Origin: Phycisphaeraceae bacterium
Lineage (GTDB): Bacteria; Planctomycetota; Phycisphaerae; Phycisphaerales; Zrk34
Length of the DNA: 44,645 bases
NCBI GenBank assembly: GCA_040905565.1
Contig: JBBDRF010000023.1
Span: forward strand, 4,688-49,332
Direction: 5' to 3'
Every line of letters begins with the position of its first letter. The first letter of the stretch is position 1. Position numbers and translations under genes: made by a program. The notes beneath the pieces were generated by a model, which was not told the DNA's origin, did no database searches, and worked only from the letters and a program-made list of their open reading frames with translations. Positions 1 to 9,361 of the stretch are shown in pieces.

Positions 1-51
1 TCCCGTGCCAGGTTTGATCGACTGAACGATGGGCTAGCCGTCGCATGGATC

Positions 52-91
52 GGTGGCACACAGCACCCTTTGGGCTGCTGTGTGGCACCCC
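52..91. repeat. REP-like palindrome, family B (copy 1)
   Basis: ggtggcacacagcaccctttgggctgctgtgtggcacccc. Its reverse complement matches 39439-39476 almost exactly. Confidence 0.7.
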
Positions 92-107
92 GGTGTGCGG
101 CTTGGGA

Positions 108-116
108 TGGTAGAAT
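108..116 (+). promoter_or_regulatory. Extended -10 promoter (TGnTAGAAT), probably giving a leaderless cinA mRNA
   Basis: tggtagaat ends 6 nt before the ATG at 123, with no clear SD in between. Confidence 0.45.
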
Positions 117-122
117 CAGGCG

Positions 123-1427
123 ATGCAAGCTGTGATTATTTCTATTGGGGACGAGCTGGTGCTCGGCCAGACTGTGGACACCAATGCGGCGTGGCTGAGT
201 GGCCGGCTGGCGGAGGTGGGCGTTGATGTGCGGTATCACCACACCGTGGCGGACGACCTTGAAACCATTGCGTGGGCGATGCGGGAGGCGGCGACGCATG
301 TGCCGTTGGTGCTGGTGACCGGCGGGCTTGGGCCGACTGATGACGACCTGACGCGCGAGGCACTGGCGGAGGTGCTGCAGCAGCCGTTGCTGCGGGACGA
401 AGATGCGATGGCGCTGATCCAGAAGTACTTCGACCACATTCAACGCCCGATGACCAAGCGTAACGAAGTCCAGGCGATGCGGCCGGCTTCGACGTCGATC
501 ATCCCCAACTCCGTGGGCACGGCACCGGGGCTGCAGGCCACGCTCGACGGTGCGAGCATCTTCATCATGCCCGGCGTGCCTTCGGAGATGCGGGCGATGT
601 ACAACGATCACATCCAGCCGGTCATCGGTCACATGCTTGCGGCCGGCAGCGGGAAAATCGGCGACCGCAGCGGGGGCGCTGAAGGTGGGGGCGGCGGGAC
701 AGGTGGGGGGGGGCGTGTGATTTTGACGCGGACGATCCACACGTTCGGCCGAGGCGAATCGAACGTTGCGACGATGCTTGGCAGCACGCTCACCGCACGT
801 GATCGCAACCCGATCGTCGGCACCACCGTCTCCAATGGGCTCGTTTCCATCCGCGTGCGCAGCACGGCTGAGAATGTTGAAACCGCCCGGCAGCAGCTTG
901 ACGACACCGTTGCGGAGGTCGAGCAGACGCTGGGGTCGCTGGTGTTCGGGCGGGATGACGCGACGCTGGAAGGCACCGTGGTGCAGATGCTGCTCGATCT
1001 TAAGAAGACGGTTGCCACGGCTGAGTCGTGCACGGCGGGGCTGGTGGCGAAGCTGTTGACCGACTCGGCTGGGGCGAGCGGGTGTTTCGTGGGCGGGTAC
1101 GTGGTCTATTCCAATGAAGCGAAACGGCGTGACCTCGACGTGCCCAGCGAACTGATCGAGCAGCACGGCGCGGTGAGCGAACCGGTGGCGATTGCCTTGG
1201 CGGAGAACGCCAGAGCGCGGGCCGGGGCCGACTTCGCGCTGAGCCTGACCGGCATCGCAGGACCGAGCGGCGGGACGGAAGCCAAGCCGGTGGGCACGGT
1301 CTGGATCGCTTTGGCGGAACGTGACCAAGCCACGGCTGCGAAGAAGCATCATCTGGCGGGCAACCGGGCAACGGTCCGCGATCGGGCGGCGAAGCTGGCG
1401 CTTGATATGCTGCGATTGCGGTTGTGA
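123..1427 (+). CDS. cinA: Competence/damage-inducible protein A (MoCF-biosynthesis-like domain + NMN deamidase PncC domain)
   Basis: Motifs IGDELVLGQTVDTN, TGGLGPTDDDLT, AESCTAG, HGAVS, TGIAGP. Contains a Gly-rich insert. Confidence 0.95.
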   Translation: MQAVIISIGDELVLGQTVDTNAAWLSGRLAEVGVDVRYHHTVADDLETIAWAMREAATHVPLVLVTGGLGPTDDDLTREALAEVLQQPLLRDEDAMALIQKYFDHIQRPMTKRNEVQAMRPASTSIIPNSVGTAPGLQATLDGASIFIMPGVPSEMRAMYNDHIQPVIGHMLAAGSGKIGDRSGGAEGGGGGTGGGGRVILTRTIHTFGRGESNVATMLGSTLTARDRNPIVGTTVSNGLVSIRVRSTAENVETARQQLDDTVAEVEQTLGSLVFGRDDATLEGTVVQMLLDLKKTVATAESCTAGLVAKLLTDSAGASGCFVGGYVVYSNEAKRRDLDVPSELIEQHGAVSEPVAIALAENARARAGADFALSLTGIAGPSGGTEAKPVGTVWIALAERDQATAAKKHHLAGNRATVRDRAAKLALDMLRLRL

Positions 1428-1440
1428 TGAAATCGGCGGG

Positions 1441-1517
1441 ACGTGGGCGATCGTAGATCGCCACTACTATCCGCGCACCCACGCCAAAGAAACGGCGATC
1501 TTCGATCGCCCGCTAAC
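1441..1517. repeat. REP-like inverted doublet, family C (ggcgatc-N3-gatcgcc)
   Basis: Units at 1441-1467 and 1492-1517 between convergent cinA and gltA. The same unit recurs at 28791-28816 and 35726-35750. Confidence 0.7.
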
Positions 1518-1536
1518 GTGGGGGGGGGCAGCGCGT

Positions 1537-2826
<1,290 letters not shown>

Positions 2827-2934
2827 CGACGCTGCTCCTTGACCCTTTAGAGTGCCGGACGAACGACCGCAGTTGTCCGGGCAAGGTAGAGTAGCATGAA
2901 GACGTGGGGTTTCCAAATGGCGTAACTGGGCGAT

Positions 2935-3837
2935 TTATTGAGTAAGAGGGGGCCGGGTTGTCCCACATTGGTCAGTAGGCAGCAGACAATGGGCATTGGT
3001 TATTGGGGAGGCCGGGGAGGCGTGATGGGCGAGCGTGACTTCGTCGGCGGGGGTGGCTTCGGAGTCGCCTGTGGTGACGGCGTACCAGAGGATGAGCCCC
3101 AGCACGATGACGAGCAGGACGTTGGCGATGACGAGAATCCAGAAGAACGCGCCGCCTCGCTTGCTGGAGCGCGGGACGGCGTACTGGCGCGGGGCGTGCT
3201 TATGGCCGGAGGTGGCGGCGGCAAGCTCGAACAGCGATTCGGGCGGCGTGGGAGGTGGTGTCTGGAATGACGGTGACGCGTCGGCGGCCGGGCGATCCTC
3301 ACGCTGGGGCATGGCGAAACGCTGACCGGGCTTCGGCTGAGGCTGGGGGCGCGGCGGGGCTTCGGCGCGCTCGGCACGGGCACGCTCACGCCGAACGGCT
3401 TCATCCACCAGCTGATGATTGTCCGGATCCAGCCCGAGGTAGTTGCGATGATCGGGGTGCGGGAACGCACGGCTGCAGTGCGGGCAGGATGAATCAGCAG
3501 GGTCGACCGACTGGCCGCACGCATGGCAGAGGCCGAGCAGATGGGCGACGCCCGGCGTTTCGCGGGCATAGGTCCAGCACTGGCGGGTGGTGGGGCCTCG
3601 GAGGATGGTGTCGCCCGTGACGCTGCCTCGCCTGACCAGATCACGCAGGACGGCGTAGGAGCAGCCCGGCCGATAGACCATGCTGGGCAGGCGGAAGAAC
3701 CACGGCCCCAGATGCTGTTGGATGACGCGGCGGTTGAACGCGTCGAGCATGGCGGTGCAGTTCCAGCAGCGACCGGCGTCGACCTTGACGCCCTCGCCAC
3801 AGTACGGGCACAGCATGGTGGGTTGGTTGTCCGGCAC
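2935..3837 (-). CDS. Membrane-anchored double zinc-ribbon protein with a GYF_2/DUF4339-like middle domain
   Basis: CPYC..CWNC and CHAC..CPHC flank W..GCSY..L..LV..G.V...T.L...W. Followed by a Pro-rich linker and one TM helix. GTG at 3837 has a GGGAG SD; an alternative in-frame ATG lies at 4050. Confidence 0.7.
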   Translation of the reverse strand: MPDNQPTMLCPYCGEGVKVDAGRCWNCTAMLDAFNRRVIQQHLGPWFFRLPSMVYRPGCSYAVLRDLVRRGSVTGDTILRGPTTRQCWTYARETPGVAHLLGLCHACGQSVDPADSSCPHCSRAFPHPDHRNYLGLDPDNHQLVDEAVRRERARAERAEAPPRPQPQPKPGQRFAMPQREDRPAADASPSFQTPPPTPPESLFELAAATSGHKHAPRQYAVPRSSKRGGAFFWILVIANVLLVIVLGLILWYAVTTGDSEATPADEVTLAHHASPASPITNAHCLLPTDQCGTTRPPLTQ

Positions 3838-3853
3838 GTCTGCTCCCTGTCTC

Positions 3854-4042
3854 TCAGCACGTCCAAAGGGACGCGTTCGAATCCTGCCTGCGTTGGGGTG
3901 CCCCGGCCAGCGAGCGCTGAGCGAGACGGCCGGGCCTTCCGGGGCACGGACACGCTTGCAAGCTTTACCCATCCCCGCCCGGCCGTGTCGCTTTCGCTCC
4001 CTGGCCGGGGCACTCTGATCAGCACGTCCAAAGGGACGCGTT
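3854..4042. repeat. Inverted REP-like doublet flanked by exact 24-bp direct repeats
   Basis: tcagcacgtccaaagggacgcgtt at 3854-3877 and 4019-4042. Inverted arms at 3898-3935 and 3977-4013. Confidence 0.85.
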
Positions 4043-4075
4043 GACTTCATACTGTCGCCATTCTAGCGTAGGCGG

Positions 4076-5086
4076 ATGCGGCTAGCGTACCTGTACACCC
4101 TCGCGTTTGTTCTGATCCTCGGCCCGGGCTGTGGCGGTGAGCCTGCGTCCCGGCTGAGCGAGACCCCGAGGCCTTCACAAGCCGATCAGACGCAAGCGAC
4201 GCAGCGCTTGACTGAAACAACCGACCGTACCGGCGAAGGCCGATCCGAAGCCGTGGCGACGCTGGGCAAAAGCACGCTGCGGTGGGCGGACCTGCGTGAG
4301 ATCATGATCGAGTCGGCCGGGGCCGATGCCCTGAGCGAATGGGCGATGGATAAGCAGCTGGACCTGGCCCTGCGCGAGGCGAAGCTGAGCATCAGCGATG
4401 CGGAGATCGACCGCGAGAGGCAGATGCTGCTGGCGCAGTTTTCCGACGATCCCGACGAAGCGACCCGTATTCTCGATCGCGTCAGGCAGGAACGTCGGCT
4501 GGGCCCGACGCGGTTTCGGCTGCTGCTTCGACGTAATGCGGGGCTGCGGAAGCTGGTGGCGGATCGGGTGACGGTGAACGATGCGATGGTCGAGCAGTTG
4601 TATCAGCAGCGGCACGGGCCTCGTACTGTGGCACGGCTGATTATGGTGGAATCCATCGCCGACGCGTCGCGCGTGAACCGCAGGCTGGCGGAGGGCGAAT
4701 CGTTCACGGATCTGGCGGTGGAACTGAGCATTGATGAGTCGGCGAGTCGTGGTGGGCTGCTGCCGGAGGTTTCGCCGGGCGATGCGACGTTTCCGTCGGC
4801 GATCCGGCAGGCGCTCGGCGAACTGGAGCCCGGCGGCGTGAGCGATCCGATCGCGGTGGATGGCGGGTTCGCGATCCTGCTTGCGGAGCGGAAGATCGAG
4901 CCGGACGCGGTGGCGATGGAGGACGTGGAGGCGGAGCTTCGGCAGGAGGTGCGGCTGCGTAACGAACGTGTCGCGATGCAGCAACGCGCCAGGCTGCTGC
5001 TGGAGGATGCGGACATCACCGTGCTGGACACGCAGCTGGAACGCACCTGGCAACAGCAACGCCGTGACATCCTCGACCAGCGCTGA
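4076..5086 (+). CDS. PpiC/parvulin-type peptidyl-prolyl isomerase lipoprotein (PrsA/SurA-like)
   Basis: Lipobox-like LGPGC. Rotamase motifs GESFTDLAVELSID..S..RGG.L and L.PG.VSDPI...GF.I. Confidence 0.85.
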   Translation: MRLAYLYTLAFVLILGPGCGGEPASRLSETPRPSQADQTQATQRLTETTDRTGEGRSEAVATLGKSTLRWADLREIMIESAGADALSEWAMDKQLDLALREAKLSISDAEIDRERQMLLAQFSDDPDEATRILDRVRQERRLGPTRFRLLLRRNAGLRKLVADRVTVNDAMVEQLYQQRHGPRTVARLIMVESIADASRVNRRLAEGESFTDLAVELSIDESASRGGLLPEVSPGDATFPSAIRQALGELEPGGVSDPIAVDGGFAILLAERKIEPDAVAMEDVEAELRQEVRLRNERVAMQQRARLLLEDADITVLDTQLERTWQQQRRDILDQR

Positions 5087-5217
5087 ACGTGCTGCACCAT
5101 GCCCCCGCGCGGTAGGGGCGGTGCGGGTGAACTTTGACGGAATGCGTTATCATGGGGCTACGGCCCTCCCGAGGCCCCCCGGACCCCCCGTAGCCTGAAC
5201 GCCTAGCGGTGAACCTG

Positions 5218-6429
5218 ATGGATATCGAAGTCTCCCACCGAATCGAACGCCTGCCCCCGTACATGCTCGGTAAGCTCAAGCAGCTGACCTACGACCGACG
5301 CAAAGCGGGCCACGATGTGATTGACCTGAACATGGGCAATCCCAGCGACCCCACGCCTCAGATTATCGTCGATAAGCTGCGGGAGGCCTCGCAGGATACG
5401 CGCAATCAGCGTTACTCGGCGAGTGCGGGGATCTTCAATCTCCGCCGAGAGGTCGCCCGCAAATATGAGCGGATCTGGGGCGTGAGCGATCTGGACCCCA
5501 ACCGCGAGGTCATTGCAACGATCGGCTCGAAGGAAGGCTTCAGCCATATGTGTCTGGCGTTGCTGGGCCCAGGCGATACGGCCATCGTGACCAAGCCTGC
5601 CTTCCAGATCCACACCTACGCCGTCGCCCTGGCGGGGGCGAATGTGCTCGGCGTGCCGCTGGGTAATGACGACGCGTTCCTGAACCGCATCGAGAACGTG
5701 CTGGGGCATCTTTATCCCAAGCCGAAGGTGATGATCCTCAACTTCCCGAACAATCCGACGTCAATGTGCATCGAGCCGGAGTTCTGGCCGAAGGTCGTCG
5801 ACATCGCCAAGCGTCACAACGTGATGGTCATCTCCGACTTCGCGTACGGCGAGACGTGCTTCGATGGCTACCGGGCCCCCTCGTTCATGCAGGCGCCGGG
5901 GGCGAAGGACGTGGGCGTTGAGTTCACCACGATGAGCAAAGCGTACAACATGGCCGGGTGGCGCATCGGCTTCTGCGTGGGCAACCCGGAGATGATCAAG
6001 GCGCTGGCCACGATCAAGGGTTACTACGACTACGGCATCTTCCAGGCGGTGCAGATCGCGTCGATCATCGGCATGCGCCACTGCGACGACCACGTGATCG
6101 AGCAGGCGAAAATCTATCAGCAGCGGCGCGATGCGTTGGTGCGCAACTGCCTTCGCCTTGGCTGGGAAGTTGATCCGCCCAAGGCGACGATGTTCGTCTG
6201 GGCGAAGGTGAAGCCCGAGCACCTCGAACCGTACAACGGCTCGACGATCGACTTCTGTCTGGACATGGTCGAGAAGGCGGACGTGGTCCTCTGCCCCGGC
6301 GGCGCGTTCGGCGAAGCTGGCGAAGGGTTCGTTCGCATCGCCATGGTCGAAAACGAGCACCGCATCCGCCAGGCCTTCCGCAACCTCGACCGCGCGCTGC
6401 GTGAGAACACCGCCCAGACCGCGGGATGA
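5218..6429 (+). CDS. PLP-dependent class I/II aminotransferase (AlaC / LL-DAP aminotransferase-like)
   Basis: Motifs LPPY, GSKEG, NFPNNPT, DFAY, and SKAYNMAGWRIGF carrying the PLP Lys. Alternative GTG start at 5209. Confidence 0.9.
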   Translation: MDIEVSHRIERLPPYMLGKLKQLTYDRRKAGHDVIDLNMGNPSDPTPQIIVDKLREASQDTRNQRYSASAGIFNLRREVARKYERIWGVSDLDPNREVIATIGSKEGFSHMCLALLGPGDTAIVTKPAFQIHTYAVALAGANVLGVPLGNDDAFLNRIENVLGHLYPKPKVMILNFPNNPTSMCIEPEFWPKVVDIAKRHNVMVISDFAYGETCFDGYRAPSFMQAPGAKDVGVEFTTMSKAYNMAGWRIGFCVGNPEMIKALATIKGYYDYGIFQAVQIASIIGMRHCDDHVIEQAKIYQQRRDALVRNCLRLGWEVDPPKATMFVWAKVKPEHLEPYNGSTIDFCLDMVEKADVVLCPGGAFGEAGEGFVRIAMVENEHRIRQAFRNLDRALRENTAQTAG

Positions 6430-6452
6430 GCTTTCATTATCTTGTTGGACGA

Positions 6453-6479
6453 CCGGCTTGGGGACAAGCCGGCTCTTTT
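6453..6479 (+). terminator. Hairpin between convergent genes (terminator or REP-like unit)
   Basis: ccggcttg-ggga-caagccgg followed by ctctttt. Confidence 0.5.
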
Positions 6480-6487
6480 ACGCGCCC

Positions 6488-7567
6488 CTATCGCGGTGAT
6501 TCGTTGAGAACGTCGGCGGTGTGGAGGGGCACGTGGAATGAGATGGTGGTGCCTTGGTCGGGGGCGGTGTCGACGGACATGTCGCCGCCGAAGTAGTAGA
6601 GGCGATGGCGGATGGTGGCGAGTCCGGTGCCCTCGTTCCCATCAGCGGCATTGAGAATGCGCTTGGGGTCGCAGCCGCAGCCGTCGTCGGTGACGGTGAC
6701 GTTGACCGTGGTGTAATCCTGCCGCAGCGTGACCTTCTGCTGGGTGGGATCGGCGTGCTTGATGGCGTTGAAAAGCATCTCGCGCACGGCGTGGTAGATG
6801 AACGCAGCCAGCGGGGCGGGCAGGTCGATCTGGGGCGGGGTGATCTCAAATGTTACCGGCACGTGGTAGAGCTTCTCGTGTTGCTCGCCGAGCTTGTGCA
6901 GGGCTTCGGGCAGGCCCTGCTCATCAAGGGCGGGCGGTCGCAGTTCGCTGCTGAGGCTGCGGGTGGCGCTGATCGCTTCGTCGAGGTAATGCCGTACCTG
7001 GTCCAGCTTCTTCCGCCGGTTTGGGGCGAGTTGGCGAAGGTCCTGCGAGCCAAGCGGCAGCCCGGCTGCGACGAGCAACTGCTGCAGGTGATCGTGGAGC
7101 TGGGCGGCGAGGCGTTTACGCTCGGCGTGCTCGATCTCCGCCATCTGCTCAGCTTCGACGATCTTCCGCCGGGTGATATCTACGTGAGCGACGCAGGCGA
7201 GGCGCCGGCCGTTCAGAGGCACCGCGAAGACCTGCATGGTGAACCAGTTGCTGCGGCCGTATCCGGGGCAGATGTAGTCCATCTGAAAAACGTCGCGTTC
7301 GCTTTGCAGCACCGCTTCGATGCCGTGCAGCGCCCGGCGGGCGGCGGGCGATTCGCGCTCGGCCCTGCGACACGTTTCGAGGTAGTTCACGCCGACGCTG
7401 ACGGTTTCAGGATCTGTGCCGCTGTCGCGGGCGAAGCGAGACCAGGCTTCGTTGACGGCTACGATGATGCCAGCCTCATCGATCACGGCGCAGTGGGCAC
7501 TGAGGACGTCGAAGAGGCGGTCAAAGAGCCCGACGGGTACAAGCTGTCGATCGATGTAAAGCATCAC
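6488..7567 (-). CDS. Cytoplasmic PAS sensor histidine kinase (HisKA_3 / HATPase_c)
   Basis: PAS (VIDEAG.IVAVNEAW), H-box ERKRLAAQLHDHLQQ, N-box NAIKHA, G-boxes DDGCG and GTGL. No TM segments. Confidence 0.9.
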   Translation of the reverse strand: MMLYIDRQLVPVGLFDRLFDVLSAHCAVIDEAGIIVAVNEAWSRFARDSGTDPETVSVGVNYLETCRRAERESPAARRALHGIEAVLQSERDVFQMDYICPGYGRSNWFTMQVFAVPLNGRRLACVAHVDITRRKIVEAEQMAEIEHAERKRLAAQLHDHLQQLLVAAGLPLGSQDLRQLAPNRRKKLDQVRHYLDEAISATRSLSSELRPPALDEQGLPEALHKLGEQHEKLYHVPVTFEITPPQIDLPAPLAAFIYHAVREMLFNAIKHADPTQQKVTLRQDYTTVNVTVTDDGCGCDPKRILNAADGNEGTGLATIRHRLYYFGGDMSVDTAPDQGTTISFHVPLHTADVLNESPR

Positions 7568-7855
7568 TCACGCTAGCGAGCCGGGGACACGATCGACCGT
7601 GGGCGGCCGCCGCAGATGGGGCTCCGGCGCAAGGGTAACGAACTATAAAGGCGATCCTTCCCAGTGCATCGCGGAATGCCTGACGCGAGGGGTTGCGAAG
7701 CGGCTTTTATTGCAAAACGTAAGTGTCCCTCCCTTGCTCGGGGGAGTAGGATGAGTTGTACGGGATTTCCCGAGACGCGCTCGGCAGCCTCTATTCCTAG
7801 AGTTAGGTGAGCAAGGCCGATGTGTTAGCGGGTCAAGCGATAAAGGCGGGCATAA

Positions 7856-9361
7856 GTGGCGGAAACACCTTCAAGAGCTGTTCATGTCAGCACGGGAATC
7901 GGCGGCCTGGATGAAATCCTCTACGGCGGCCTGCCCGGACGGCGGATCTACATCGTCCGCGGCGGGCCGGGTTCGGGGAAAACGACGTTGGGGATGCAGT
8001 TCCTGCGGGAGGGGGTGAAACAGGGCGAGAAGGCTTTGTACGTCACGCTGCTGCAGACGCGTGAGGAGGTCGAGTCGGTCGTGACGTCGCACGGCTGGTC
8101 GCTTGATGGGATTGAGGTGCTCGAGTTGCCGGAAGATATCAAAGACGCCGCAACGACGGAGCAGACGATCTTCCGAACGTCGGATGTGGAACTGCACGAA
8201 GCGACGGATGCGATTTTGGAGGCGATCGATAAGCATCAGCCCGACCGTGTGATGCTGGATTCGATCGATGAACTGGCGGTGCTGGTGGAGACTTCCCACC
8301 AGCTTCGTCGCCATCTGGTGAGGCTGAAGCGGAAGCTTGAGAAGGTGCAGTGCACCTCGATTTTCAGCCTGGGTGCGGTTGGTAAGGACGTGACCTCGCT
8401 GCAGACAATCGTGCACGGCGTGATCAACCTGAGCGTGGAAACCCCGCCTTACGGCGAGCCGAGGCGACGCCTTGAGATCGGCAAGATGCGGGGGATGACA
8501 TTCGTCGGCGGGTATCACGATTTCCGCATCACCACCGGCGGAATCGTGCTCTACCCACGCATGGAGGTCAGCCACGCGCAGCCTGACGAACGCCTCGAAC
8601 GGACGACCGTCCCCAGCGGCAACAAGCAATTGGATCAACTGCTGGGCGGCGGGCTGGTGGAAGGCTCGGCCTGCCTGATCACCGGCACCAGTGGCGCTGG
8701 CAAGAGCACGTTGACGAGCCTGTACGCCCAGGCGGCGGCGGAGCGGGGTGAGCGGTCGGCGATCTTCTGCTTCGACGAACGCCGCGAAACCTTCCTGCGA
8801 CGCAGCGAGGGTCTGGGCATGAACGTGGGCCGCTACGTGGACGAGGGGCTGATTGATCTGCGGCAGTACGACGTGGGCAAGATTTCGCCGGGCGAGTTCA
8901 TGCAGACCGTCTGTCACGCTGTGGATGTCGATCACGCCAAGGTGGTCGTGATCGACAGCATCACCGGTTACATCAATGCGATGCCCAATGAACGGGCGCT
9001 GATGCTTCAACTGCATGAGCTGCTGACCTACCTGGGCGACCGCGGCGTGCTGACACTGCTGGTGGTGTCGGCGCAGGGATCGTTCGGGACGAGCCAACCG
9101 ACGGTCGATACCAGCTACCTGGCCGATACCGTCATCATGATGCGGCACTTTGAAGCGCGCGGGAAAATGTCGCGGTGCATTGCGGCGCTGAAGAAGCGGC
9201 ACGGCCCGCACGAATCGGCGATCCGCGAAATCCAGATGGGCGAGGGCGGCATGCGGATCGGGCCGCCGTTGACGCAGTTTTCCGGCGTGCTGACCGGGAC
9301 GCCGAAGTTCGAGGGGCCTCGCGAATCGCTGCTGGAACACGGTGGGGAGCCCGAAGCGTGA
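7856..9361 (+). CDS. KaiC-like double-domain RecA-superfamily ATPase
   Basis: STGIGGLDEILYGG, two Walker A motifs (GGPGSGKT, GTSGAGKS), SYLAD motif, K(M/K)R motifs. Confidence 0.92.
   Translation: MAETPSRAVHVSTGIGGLDEILYGGLPGRRIYIVRGGPGSGKTTLGMQFLREGVKQGEKALYVTLLQTREEVESVVTSHGWSLDGIEVLELPEDIKDAATTEQTIFRTSDVELHEATDAILEAIDKHQPDRVMLDSIDELAVLVETSHQLRRHLVRLKRKLEKVQCTSIFSLGAVGKDVTSLQTIVHGVINLSVETPPYGEPRRRLEIGKMRGMTFVGGYHDFRITTGGIVLYPRMEVSHAQPDERLERTTVPSGNKQLDQLLGGGLVEGSACLITGTSGAGKSTLTSLYAQAAAERGERSAIFCFDERRETFLRRSEGLGMNVGRYVDEGLIDLRQYDVGKISPGEFMQTVCHAVDVDHAKVVVIDSITGYINAMPNERALMLQLHELLTYLGDRGVLTLLVVSAQGSFGTSQPTVDTSYLADTVIMMRHFEARGKMSRCIAALKKRHGPHESAIREIQMGEGGMRIGPPLTQFSGVLTGTPKFEGPRESLLEHGGEPEA

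Noticed and set aside
3854..4042. Mini CRISPR array (two 24-bp hairpin repeats)
   Set aside because: Only two repeats; the 141-bp spacer is itself an inverted repeat; no cas genes in the window.
7871..9340. 489-aa antisense ORF, and similar long shadows at 40731-42056, 6554-7576, 3000-4031 and 14693-15655
   Set aside because: They overlap well-supported genes and are expected in high-GC DNA.
7856..9361. Bona fide circadian kaiC
   Set aside because: No kaiA/kaiB in the window, SY instead of ST phosphosites, and kinase-coupled context; called KaiC-like only.
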